Shown: piece after piece, positions 1 through 8,423 of the stretch
Layout: each line of letters opens with the position of its first letter
How positions within the stretch are numbered: the first letter of the stretch is position 1
DNA from: a virus
Lineage: Duplodnaviria > Caudoviricetes
Strand: one strand, 5' to 3'
Length of the DNA stretch: 60,996 bases
IMG/VR virus record: IMGVR_UViG_3300026512_000014
Location: 1-60,996 of that record
Notes under the pieces: model-generated
What the model was told of the DNA's origin: nothing
Database searches by the model: none
Seen by the model: only the letters and a program-made list of their open reading frames with translations
Position numbers and translations under genes: made by a program

Positions 1-508
1 CTTTGTTATTGAACCATTGAAGCATCTCAAGATTTGACAATACAGAATTAAGTGTATTATCAAATCCATTATCTTCAAAGAACAATACTCTCTTCGCACC
101 TGACTTGGTGAAGAGAGGAATCATTCCATCTATTCTATTCTCTAAAGCATACTTATAAGCATACTTTAAAGAATTAATATCATTTAACTTCCCGTCTTCA
201 AAGTCAATAATCATATTGTCGGGAAGTATATTCTCCTCGGTTAAAGCATCAATAATATTAGGCCTATAAGCCTTTAATACTTTAACCATCTTATCAATAT
301 CCATTTGGTATTCATATACCTGCTTATTTGTAACTCTATACAAATAAGCCTTGCGAAGAAGTTTTATATACTTCTTCGCATAATTTTTGGTATCAATGCC
401 ATTTAAACGCATATGATACCAGTCAAGAATCACTCTCCATATTTTCTGGTTAGCGGTTACAATTTTCCCACTCAAAATTTCTTCTGCAATTTCCCTAAAA
501 TTCTTCAT
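1..508 (-). CDS. Partial ORF (runs off window end); probable paralogue of the N-terminal part of the single-subunit RNA polymerase at 2472-5747
   Basis: Not in the ORF track. Hand translation from ATG at 508 (AAGGAG at 514-519) is open to base 1: MKNFREIAEE...AYRPNIIDAL...IPLFTKSGAKRVLFF...LEMLQWFNNK. It shares RP-x-h-h-D and LF..KSGA-x-R-h-h-aromatic motifs, in order, with the 2472-5747 protein. Confidence 0.8.
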   Translation of the reverse strand, partial: MKNFREIAEEILSGKIVTANQKIWRVILDWYHMRLNGIDTKNYAKKYIKLLRKAYLYRVTNKQVYEYQMDIDKMVKVLKAYRPNIIDALTEENILPDNMIIDFEDGKLNDINSLKYAYKYALENRIDGMIPLFTKSGAKRVLFFEDNGFDNTLNSVLSNLEMLQWFNNK

Positions 509-753
509 ACTTACTCCTTTCTTTAATTTATTTTTTTAATAAGTAAAGAAGAACCTTGTATGAATAGTCCGAGCGGGAAATAAATTGAAGAGTAGAATAA
601 AATTGGTGGCGCAGAAAAAGAGAAAGAAAAGAGAAAAAAGAAAAAAATCTGGCATTATATATTTATAAGCGTCAACCTTATATCAATACAGTCATCAACA
701 CTTACATTTTTATAACAACACACACTATAAAATAAATAGATACACTTCCTTAT

Positions 754-790
754 AAAAAAGAAAAAAGAAAAGGGAAGACAAAGCCTTCCC
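754..790 (-). terminator. Intrinsic terminator after ORF 816-1232
   Basis: Minus strand GGGAAG-gctttgt-CTTCCC followed by a T-rich tract. Confidence 0.8.
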
Positions 791-815
791 AACGGGACTG
801 ATAGAGTTACAACTA

Positions 816-1232
816 TTACGCCTTCTGCTTGGCTTTTTTCTTCAGCGAAACCTTGGCATCGGTTTTGACTTTCGGAACTGTTGCATTTACAGGAATACTT
901 TCGCCAAGCAGACTGGCTTTCAATTTGTTTCCAACTCTTCTGCGATACTCAAGCGTAGTTGGTTCTGCTTTGGTCACAGAAAGTTGATAAACGGTTTCTG
1001 AATACTCTTGGTTCTTTTCAGCAGGTTTGTTCCACGAATTCACTTCAATGGCAACATTATCCCATACTTGGCAAACCTGAACATTACCTTCAAACTTTGG
1101 CTTAAATTCATCAGTCAAGCCAAAAAGTTTGATAGGCTTGCCGATGGCAATAAGTTGGCCTTCGGCTTCAATTACCTGCTGAAAAGAAACCTTTGAAAGT
1201 TGAACAAGTTTAAAATTCGAATTAAGTATCAT
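816..1232 (-). CDS. Hypothetical protein, beta-rich with a Lys-rich C-terminal tail (possible nucleic-acid-binding protein)
   Basis: 138 aa with AAGGAG SD and its own terminator; ends KVSLKKKAKQKA. The function is a guess. Confidence 0.75.
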   Translation of the reverse strand: MILNSNFKLVQLSKVSFQQVIEAEGQLIAIGKPIKLFGLTDEFKPKFEGNVQVCQVWDNVAIEVNSWNKPAEKNQEYSETVYQLSVTKAEPTTLEYRRRVGNKLKASLLGESIPVNATVPKVKTDAKVSLKKKAKQKA

Positions 1233-1367
1233 AGGACACTCCTTAAAGTTTATTTAGCGCCGAAATCGACGCCATATATGAGTAGTCAATATTAAAATAA
1301 AGTTATAAATTGTGCAGATATATATTAAAGAAACCTGAATAAGTTTAAAAAAAAGAAAAGACGAAGG

Positions 1368-1416
1368 CGGGGATTTGTGAATACTCTCATATAGCAATCC
1401 CCGAACTATATGAGAG
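1368..1416 (-). promoter_or_regulatory. Predicted H-type RNA pseudoknot in the leader of ORF 816-1232
   Basis: Minus strand CTCTCATATAG-tt-CGGGGATT-g-CTATATGAGAG-tattcaca-AATCCCCG: perfect interleaved stems of 11 bp and 8 bp. Confidence 0.65.
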
Positions 1417-1756
1417 ATGAGGATAAAGGGAAGGAAAGCCTTCATTTATGAATAGTCAAGTATAAAACATAATTATAAGAAAACAAAAGAGTTATAAAAA
1501 AACGGGATTATATATATTCTTAATTCCATAATAATAACTATATTAATACCATATAATAATTAATAACACTATAAATAAAACTGCTATATTATTAAAACTA
1601 AACAACAAATATCTATCTCTAACATATAAAAGGACTTACACAAAAGCGGCTCTATTAATCTTTTATTCTTAATACTATTTTTCCTTACCAAATATATATA
1701 TAAATATAAAACAAAACTATATAAACACTATATAAATAATACACAACATTATAAAG

Positions 1757-1893
1757 TATCACATATAGCCATATACAACTATACAGTATCATACACAATC
1801 ATATACATACCATATACAATCATATATAGTGTCATATACAATCATATACAGTCATATACGGTCATATACATACTATATACAGTGTCATATACA
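1757..1893. repeat. Degenerate tandem repeat of ~10-12 bp units with core (G/A)TCATATACA
   Basis: For example gtcatataca atcatataca gtcatatacg gtcatataca at 1831-1870; about a dozen imperfect units in a non-coding, G-poor tract. Confidence 0.85.
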
Positions 1894-2410
1894 GGTGGTC
1901 ACACACGCCGCTAACGCTCAAGAAGGGACACATAAGAGAGAAACAACCAAATCAAAAACGGCATTATATACCAAACCACACACAATTACACACAACCACA
2001 CAGACAGCAACTCTCTGGTACCAAATATCTTTGGCCAACGGGCAAAAAGAAAGAAGAAAGAGAAAGGATACAAAGAGAAAGAAGAAAGAAAGACATATAC
2101 ACTCACACATACACTCGTATACACACATACTCACACAAACACAACCAACTGCAAACACGGCACACAATTTCATTTGTAATATAGTCCGTGAGCGGTATGC
2201 ATACAAATGAAATACAAATAATTATCTAATAATATGTATACATACATTCATATATACAGTTTTATCTATATATATCAACGTATATATACACTATAATGTA
2301 TAATATTTAAACATATAGTAATTAATAACAAAAAAATATCACAAAAATGCTTATTTTTATAACTATATTTAAAATCAATCACTTAGTTTTTTATTTCCTA
2401 TATAGAAAAT

Positions 2411-2446
2411 AAAAAGACACGGTGTACAATATATATACACCGTGCC
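2411..2446 (-). terminator. Intrinsic terminator after the polymerase-RNase H gene
   Basis: Minus strand GGCACGGTGTA-loop-TACACCGTGTC-TTTTT. Confidence 0.8.
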
Positions 2447-2471
2447 CTAAACTTAAAAAGTTAATAACTAA

Positions 2472-5400
2472 TTAAGACTCAAGATTGTCCTTAATAAGCC
2501 CCATAACCCGCTTACAATACTTGTCAGCCAGGTTATCTTTCCTTGGAATCTTAATTATGTCTATGTCAATGCGTTCATTAAGTGCATTAACAGTAGACAC
2601 ATAATGTTTAGTGATATCATTTTTGGCCTGCCATTCACCGGTAAGCCACTTGATAAGACCTTCATAGTCTACATAACAAGTGACTTTATCATAACCGTTA
2701 TCAATAGCAAACTTAATTGCCTCAATAACGGCCTGGCACTCACCAGCAACCTGTCTTGTATCAGAATCAACCTGTCCAAAATTAATATGGATAGTATCTT
2801 CCGATACATATGCCCAAAATGATTTACCGGGAATCTTATCAGTATAAGACCCGTCGCAATACATCTTTAACTCCATGTTTACCTCCAAATTAGAAAACTG
2901 GTAGGCCACATCATGCAGCCTACCATTTTCATTAAGGTTATTAAAATGCTCCACGAATATATTAACTATATTCTTTGGAGCAATACTAAAGAACGCACTA
3001 TCAGAAACCTTTGATGAGAGGAATGCCCAACAGACTTCCTCTTTAATACCAAGTTGCTTGGACAAGTTTCTGATATATCTATGGGTTTCTACACCAAGAG
3101 TATATATAGCCACGTTAACCAGCGATAATATCTCTTCTTCTCTATCAGATTCCACTCTTTTAACATAAGAAACCATCGACATGAAGAGATTGAACATCTG
3201 ACCAACAAGATAAAAACGTGGCCAATACTCTTTATTATTGGATAACTTGTTATACTGCTTTACAAGGCCGTTGGTATAAATCCAATCCTGATATATATAT
3301 CTATATGAGAAACCAACAACCTTGGAAGTCCATCTTGTGAATTTACCTCTGATGTCTTGTATATGAACTTCAGCAGTACCAAAGTCTTCATCAGACTTTA
3401 CAAGTTCTCCAAACCTTGTACACCACTTATGCAGAACAGACATATAATGTGCAAATAATTTATGAATCTGTTCCGTACCAGTAAATGCACTATACACACA
3501 AGAAAGTCTCCTCAAAGCAGAGATACTAATACCACGAAACTCCTTCAGTACAGCCCTAAATGTATCAACTTTCACAAATATTTTAGAGTTTTCAACATAA
3601 TAAATCTTCCTCACGAAAGCATCCACTCTGGCCTGTATCTCTGCCGGTGTAAGCAGACCCTCAATGTTCTTCTTCTGTGCATTAATAACCCCTTGTTGTT
3701 GAGCAAAGAGGAACTCAATGAGTTCATATGCTTCTTTAATCAACTTAGGGTTACGAAGAGGTTTAATGGGAATAACTCTGTCGCCTATTTGTACCTCTCC
3801 AGCACCAGTAAGAAAAGCATGTATCTGGTCTGCAAATCTTTCAACCATACCGATATGCGCATCATATTGTAAAGCAATAAACAAATGCAAATCGGATACG
3901 GTTTTAATGTAAGCAGGAACCTCAGGTAGTTTCACATGTGCAAGTGGCGCCACAGGACAACTCCTCAAGCACTTCAAAAACTCACCACTAAACAGGGTTA
4001 TATCATCACCATCAAAATCATGTCCACTCAACACCCTATGTGGCGCATTCATATGCATAAATGCAAAACTACCAAGGCCTTCATCATTAATAACAACATA
4101 CTCAGCAGGACAGTCTCCAGTGAAGGTAACTGGATTCTTATATACTCCTACCTTATATGCCCCATCTGCAACAGATGGTAAATCAAGACCGCTTACATTG
4201 GCAATGATGATTCTATCAATAGGATATAACTTCCTGCCAATATATACCCTTGCACCCTTGGTAATAAAACCAAGACCATGGATATATGCTTTAAAAGCAT
4301 CCATAGGCAAGGATGTAGCGGTACAAGTTGTACCTTTCTTTGTTGCAGACAAGTCGACAGTGAAGAGCCTGCGCACATAACCTTTAATAATAGTAGCAGC
4401 GTTGTCTTTGCGCAATACCTTTAAATTACCAGGCAATCCCATTTTAACTGCAACGCCATAAGGTGTAGAAATGCTGGCATTCTTTACAAGCAGGTCTATA
4501 TTGAATTTCGTATTGTCTCTCAACACCTCAACTGCTTTAGCATTATCGAAATTCCAATGATAGAACACGAACTGCTGCGACAACTGTGCACCTGCTTTAT
4601 AATCGGTATCAGTTTTCATCACCAGAAATTCATCTGGTGTGAAACTAAGCCCTTCCATATCCCCAACCAATGCATCTTGGTTGAGAATAATATCTGTCTT
4701 CTTCACCCATTTAGGACCAAGTCCCTCTGCAAGTTTCTCCCATACGGGTTCAGAAACTTCAACAAAAGTACCTTTGGCCCACAACTTGTTAGAAAAACTA
4801 ACAAGTGTGCCTTGAAAAGCAGTAAATGTATTAAACTTCGATGCTTTAGATAATCTCTTCAAGACACCTGGACGAAACCAAGCAACTACGCCGTCTGCTT
4901 CAGGAACACTGATAGCAGCGGCTTTAAGTTTTCTGTTCCCAACAAGAGGCATACCTTGCCTAAGCAAAAGTACACCAATCTTTGAGAACACCTTAAAATT
5001 TAAACTGCTGTTAATATAGTTGTCATTAACATAAGATATAATACCCATAACAGCAGCAACCTCACGAACCAAATCTTCAAGACGCATTTTCTTTGTTGTA
5101 TATATAATTCTGGATGCACCAGACTTGGGAGCAAATAATACTACTTGCTCAAGGTTTGTGTTATTAACAATTTTAAGTCCCTTTTCGGGTTTACCGCCAG
5201 ACAATACGTCAAGAACATTCCTGACTAAATCACGTCTGGTCAATAAATCCTTGTCAAGAGACTCATCATCCACCGCAATCTCAAAAGACAAGGTGTCAAG
5301 CATTAAATGCTTGAACTTATCATAATGCATATCCAAGACAGTTGGTCTATCCCAGATGTACCTTGTCTCTTCCGTGAGAGTATACTCCACATCATTTGTC

Positions 5401-5747
5401 CTCTCAATGACAATGAATCTTCTTTCGAAGATATCAAAGCCTTGAGAAGCAAACTTACGGATTGCTCTCTTGGAAAACCTCTGCCCTGCGATGAACGCAT
5501 ATGCCTGTTGTTGCAAATTAATATTTGTTATAACCTCAGGCAATGTTGCAGCGTTACACACTCTTGCGAGTTGTGCCGCTACTGCGAACCTCGCATAAGA
5601 GAAACGATTGATGAACCTGACCAATGTTGTTACAACCATCTTTGTAAGACGGCTGTTCTCTTCCTCTTTAGCAGAGTCGAGGAATGCGATAAACTTCCTT
5701 GCGAACTTGTTCATCGTATGGATTACAGAATCAATAAGATTCAACAT
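2472..5747 (-). CDS. Single-subunit double-psi-beta-barrel RNA polymerase (YonO / RNAi-RdRP-like) fused to a C-terminal RNase HI domain
   Basis: Polymerase motifs in the expected order: WAKGTF, VYKNPVTFTGD, SGHDFDGDD (DFDGDD at 4002-4019), HIG. The last ~134 aa carry RNase HI motifs YCDGS, VAGECQA, YVDYEGLIKWLTGEWQAKN, NLADKYC. Start moved from 5783 to the ATG at 5747, which has an AAGGAGGT SD. Confidence 0.85.
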   Translation of the reverse strand: MLNLIDSVIHTMNKFARKFIAFLDSAKEEENSRLTKMVVTTLVRFINRFSYARFAVAAQLARVCNAATLPEVITNINLQQQAYAFIAGQRFSKRAIRKFASQGFDIFERRFIVIERTNDVEYTLTEETRYIWDRPTVLDMHYDKFKHLMLDTLSFEIAVDDESLDKDLLTRRDLVRNVLDVLSGGKPEKGLKIVNNTNLEQVVLFAPKSGASRIIYTTKKMRLEDLVREVAAVMGIISYVNDNYINSSLNFKVFSKIGVLLLRQGMPLVGNRKLKAAAISVPEADGVVAWFRPGVLKRLSKASKFNTFTAFQGTLVSFSNKLWAKGTFVEVSEPVWEKLAEGLGPKWVKKTDIILNQDALVGDMEGLSFTPDEFLVMKTDTDYKAGAQLSQQFVFYHWNFDNAKAVEVLRDNTKFNIDLLVKNASISTPYGVAVKMGLPGNLKVLRKDNAATIIKGYVRRLFTVDLSATKKGTTCTATSLPMDAFKAYIHGLGFITKGARVYIGRKLYPIDRIIIANVSGLDLPSVADGAYKVGVYKNPVTFTGDCPAEYVVINDEGLGSFAFMHMNAPHRVLSGHDFDGDDITLFSGEFLKCLRSCPVAPLAHVKLPEVPAYIKTVSDLHLFIALQYDAHIGMVERFADQIHAFLTGAGEVQIGDRVIPIKPLRNPKLIKEAYELIEFLFAQQQGVINAQKKNIEGLLTPAEIQARVDAFVRKIYYVENSKIFVKVDTFRAVLKEFRGISISALRRLSCVYSAFTGTEQIHKLFAHYMSVLHKWCTRFGELVKSDEDFGTAEVHIQDIRGKFTRWTSKVVGFSYRYIYQDWIYTNGLVKQYNKLSNNKEYWPRFYLVGQMFNLFMSMVSYVKRVESDREEEILSLVNVAIYTLGVETHRYIRNLSKQLGIKEEVCWAFLSSKVSDSAFFSIAPKNIVNIFVEHFNNLNENGRLHDVAYQFSNLEVNMELKMYCDGSYTDKIPGKSFWAYVSEDTIHINFGQVDSDTRQVAGECQAVIEAIKFAIDNGYDKVTCYVDYEGLIKWLTGEWQAKNDITKHYVSTVNALNERIDIDIIKIPRKDNLADKYCKRVMGLIKDNLES

Positions 5748-5860
5748 TCCATACCTCCTTTCCTTCCCTCCGTTAATTACCATGACGCATAAGCGTCAAC
5801 CAACAACGCACAGTTGTTTTGTTCTCTATATCACCTCCTTTCAATAGAAATATTAGAGTT

Positions 5861-5912
5861 ATATATAACTCCACTATGTACTGCAATAACAGTACATAAC
5901 AGAATCATATAT
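5861..5912 (-). other. Long hairpin, 23-bp stem with G.U pairs
   Basis: Arms 5861-5883 and 5890-5912; every mismatch becomes G.U on the minus strand. Confidence 0.8.
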
Positions 5913-5935
5913 AAAAAAGGGGGCACAAAGCCCCC
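5913..5935 (-). terminator. Intrinsic terminator
   Basis: GGGGGC-tttgt-GCCCCC-TTTTTT. Confidence 0.9.
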
Positions 5936-5941
5936 ATCTAA

Positions 5942-6067
5942 TTAATCTAAATCAAATACATAACAAAGGTCATCGTAATAATCAGAAAGGTAAAGTAAAT
6001 TATTAAAATACGTATAAGACACACAAGTTTCCTGCAAATAATTAATTCTCTCCGAATTCCTTTTCAT
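5942..6067 (-). CDS. Small hypothetical protein (41 aa)
   Basis: GGAGG SD; MKRNSERINYLQETCVSYTYFNNLLYLSDYYDDLCYVFDLD; stop lies just before the terminator. Confidence 0.6.
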   Translation of the reverse strand: MKRNSERINYLQETCVSYTYFNNLLYLSDYYDDLCYVFDLD

Positions 6068-6084
6068 CCTTTCCTCCTTTTTAA

Positions 6085-6432
6085 TTAATCTAACCCTAAT
6101 AACATTTCGACAACAGAGTCACAAGGAACTCTATGCCTTTTACCACTAAAAATCCTCTCAAGAAACTGGCCTAATTTATGAATACCAATTCCTCCTAACT
6201 CCTCGGAACAGATATTAATCATATCTGCTCCTTCACGTACAATAGTTAATACACAATCAACATCATTGCTGTATAATACGCAATGACTATCATACTGCTC
6301 AACATGATTTCTAAATTCTTTATCGGTACCAATAAAATAATTGACACCATTATAAACCTGAAAATCAATGAGGTCCCCATTGGGAACCTCTTCTGTCAAC
6401 TCATACCTGTACACAAAAATCTTTTCAATCAT
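6085..6432 (-). CDS. Early hypothetical protein, acidic paralogue family
   Basis: AGGAGGT SD; KIFV..NGD..YFIGTDKEF..LERIFS..LLG, similar to 6453-7010 and 8742-9071. Confidence 0.85.
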   Translation of the reverse strand: MIEKIFVYRYELTEEVPNGDLIDFQVYNGVNYFIGTDKEFRNHVEQYDSHCVLYSNDVDCVLTIVREGADMINICSEELGGIGIHKLGQFLERIFSGKRHRVPCDSVVEMLLGLD

Positions 6433-6452
6433 AATTACCTCCTTTTAATTGA

Positions 6453-7010
6453 TTAATAAATAAACTCTTCTTTATGTACCCCTAATGCATCCGCAATTAA
6501 ATAATCAAGATTATACTCATATGCTTTATCGCTAAAAATGCGATACAAAACTTTCGCAATATCAGCAGCAGTTATATCATCAAGCCCATTATTATTAACC
6601 TTTTCCAATGCCTCTTTAACTGAAATTTGGAAAACAACTCTAAAATTTTCTTCAGGTATATCATTGACACTATCAACAATATACCAGCCCACTGCTACAA
6701 ATTCCTCTATATCACCATTGAAATGAGTCATCACACAATCCTGCTCAACAATAAAAATATTCTTAAATATAACAGACTCTTCTTCCACACTAACAAGTTC
6801 ATAAATATCATTCCCCAAGTCTTCAACCTCAACAATAGCGCTTGTATCTCTGTTACTATATGAAATTGTATCCTTAAAATCACAAACCACTCCAAGACAG
6901 TTAAATCCAAACTTAACTGAAAAAACAAATATTTTGTATTCATTATTCCCAAGTGGTACTGCAAAATATACGTCTCCTTCTTCAATCCATCCATTAAATT
7001 TCTTTTTCAT
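6453..7010 (-). CDS. Early hypothetical protein, acidic paralogue family with an extra N-terminal domain
   Basis: AAGGAG SD; C-terminal half NIFIV..NGD..ITAADIAKVLYRIFS..ALG. Confidence 0.85.
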   Translation of the reverse strand: MKKKFNGWIEEGDVYFAVPLGNNEYKIFVFSVKFGFNCLGVVCDFKDTISYSNRDTSAIVEVEDLGNDIYELVSVEEESVIFKNIFIVEQDCVMTHFNGDIEEFVAVGWYIVDSVNDIPEENFRVVFQISVKEALEKVNNNGLDDITAADIAKVLYRIFSDKAYEYNLDYLIADALGVHKEEFIY

Positions 7011-7099
7011 AACATACTCCTTTTTTAGTTTTTCAATTTAATTAGTTAATAACAAATCATCAACTCGCACCATTAATTCTTATTCCTATTACCTCCTTC

Positions 7100-7260
7100 C
7101 ATAAGTGCCACCTGACACGTGTTCATACACATGCACACATCAGTGTCAACTTATAATCGTACGTGTACGTGTACGTTATCTTCATAATGCAATGCTTACG
7201 TGTACTTAACAAATAACTTAAACATTGCAATCCTCTCAAAAACGAGGTAACGTACACGTC
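7100..7260 (-). ncRNA. Structured RNA element, copy 1 (unknown family)
   Basis: 12-bp closing stem (7167-7178 with 7248-7259) enclosing a CCTC/GAGG hairpin and a TGCAATG/CATTGCA hairpin, then a long hairpin at 7101-7154; homologous to 8424-8623. Confidence 0.65.
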
Positions 7261-7274
7261 ATAGAATTATAGAT

Positions 7275-7296
7275 AAAAAGGGGTCCCGAAGGGCCC
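7275..7296 (-). terminator. Intrinsic terminator with UUCG loop
   Basis: GGGCCC-TTCG-GGACCCC-TTTTT. Confidence 0.8.
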
Positions 7297-7318
7297 AACA
7301 GAAAATGCAAATTAATTA

Positions 7319-7450
7319 TTATTCTTCATGAAGTCCTAATGCTACTGCGACCAAATAGTCATAATAGCATTGATACCCATTGGAAAACATGTGCTCAAGC
7401 GCAATCACTATATTGGTCGCACTTGCTTCTTTCAAAGACTTTTCATCTTC
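7319..7450 (-). pseudogene. 3' remnant of an acidic paralogue family gene
   Basis: EDEKSLKEASATNIVIALEHMFSNGYQCYYDYLVAVALGLHEE* aligns with the C-terminus of 6453-7010 (ITAADIAKVLYRIFSDKAYEYNLDYLIADALGVHKEE); no SD-linked start. Confidence 0.7.
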
Positions 7451-7495
7451 TCTATATATCACTACTATCTATATATAATAATAATGATACACAAA
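7451..7495 (-). other. Long hairpin, 18-bp stem with G.U pairs
   Basis: Arms 7451-7468 and 7478-7495 pair fully on the minus strand when G.U is allowed. Confidence 0.65.
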
Positions 7496-7508
7496 TAAGA
7501 TATTAAAC

Positions 7509-7533
7509 AAAAAAAGGGGAGCAAACGCTCCCC
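7509..7533 (-). terminator. Intrinsic terminator
   Basis: GGGGAGC-gttt-GCTCCCC-TTTTTTT. Confidence 0.9.
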
Positions 7534-7538
7534 AAAAC

Positions 7539-7751
7539 TCAAATTCTTGTTACGGTTATGTCCACATGTTGCTCCTTGGCAACAGTGCAGACATAATTAA
7601 CAACATTAGTAAACATAAACTTGTCCAACTTATTGGACAAGTTATAAACAGAAACCACCTCAATTCCAATCTTTGAGGCCAACTTCTCGTTGACCTCAAC
7701 AACGGCCATCGTTCCCTTGATGACCGTAACATGACAATAATTATACTTCAT
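7539..7751 (-). CDS. Early hypothetical protein (70 aa)
   Basis: AGGAGGT SD; followed by a terminator. Confidence 0.8.
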   Translation of the reverse strand: MKYNYCHVTVIKGTMAVVEVNEKLASKIGIEVVSVYNLSNKLDKFMFTNVVNYVCTVAKEQHVDITVTRI

Positions 7752-7760
7752 AATAACCTC

Positions 7761-7931
7761 CTATAAAAATAATGCCGTCATTATGACGGCCATAATAATA
7801 ATTTCACGAAGCCCAAGTTCGGGCTCCTCAGGACCTGTTAATATCATGTTATTAACAACCTTGGCGGCCAATAAGGCCACCAAGAAAAACGCACAAAAAA
7901 TAAACAGATAAAATAAAATAACCGTTAACAT
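7761..7931 (-). CDS. Small membrane protein with two hydrophobic helices (56 aa)
   Basis: Not in the ORF track. MLTVILFYLFIFCAFFLVALLAAKVVNNMILTGPEEPELGLREIIIMAVIMTALFL*; TAATG coupling to the upstream gene; AAGGAGGTGA SD. Confidence 0.75.
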   Translation of the reverse strand: MLTVILFYLFIFCAFFLVALLAAKVVNNMILTGPEEPELGLREIIIMAVIMTALFL

Positions 7932-8131
7932 TACATCACCTCCTTTAAAAACTCTACGGCAGCAATATCACCGTAGAGTTTTTTAAGTTTTCTAACAGCA
8001 TCGACACGGTCATGTGCCGATACTACTGAGATGAATTCTGGTTCATCCCAGTTTACCCTAACCGCCACCACAAAAGTAATAGGAGTCAATAACAACTTCC
8101 TCATAACTTTGTCAATTAAAACATCTAACAT
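7931..8131 (-). CDS. Early hypothetical protein (66 aa)
   Basis: AGGAGGT SD; tightly packed operon. Confidence 0.8.
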   Translation of the reverse strand: MLDVLIDKVMRKLLLTPITFVVAVRVNWDEPEFISVVSAHDRVDAVRKLKKLYGDIAAVEFLKEVM

Positions 8132-8142
8132 AATACCTCCTC

Positions 8143-8346
8143 TTATAACTCTCTTACCAGGAAACCTCTCCTGGCAAGAGAATTTTTAATGGTTAATAAA
8201 TCACCACGCTCTTTCCTTATAACCCCTTTTCTGGGGTCATAAAGAGTCGCATACCCGTTAGCAACATTAAGAACAAGCAGCACCTTCAATTGGTGCTGCA
8301 AGTGTTTTGGAACCAAATCGGTCCAATGAATCTTTTTTTCACACAT
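8143..8346 (-). CDS. Early hypothetical basic protein (67 aa)
   Basis: AGGAGGTG SD precedes the ATG at 8346 (MCEKKIHW). Confidence 0.8.
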   Translation of the reverse strand: MCEKKIHWTDLVPKHLQHQLKVLLVLNVANGYATLYDPRKGVIRKERGDLLTIKNSLARRGFLVREL

Positions 8347-8423
8347 AGACACCTCCTAAAACTTAATAGGTTAATAAAACTAATTCCCTTACCGCACATC
8401 CTTTTTTCTTTATCACCTCCTTT

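Noticed and set aside
1254-1445. 63-aa ORF on the minus strand
   Set aside because: No SD; it overlaps the pseudoknot and is better explained as leader RNA
1757-1893. CRISPR array
   Set aside because: Units are ~10-12 bp and contiguous, with no unique spacers and no cas genes
1829-2206. ORFs 1829-2179, 1918-2124 and 1964-2206
   Set aside because: Low-complexity translations of the repeat tract (H/T/Y or V/C runs), with no SD
2472-5747. Beta-prime subunit of a multisubunit (phiKZ/AR9-type) RNAP
   Set aside because: The motif reads SGHDFDGDD rather than NADFDGD, and the KG and KNP motifs lie in the same chain, which fits the single-subunit class
7100-7160. Hammerhead ribozyme (CTGATG present on the minus strand)
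   Set aside because: Lacks CUGANGA and a correctly placed GAAA core
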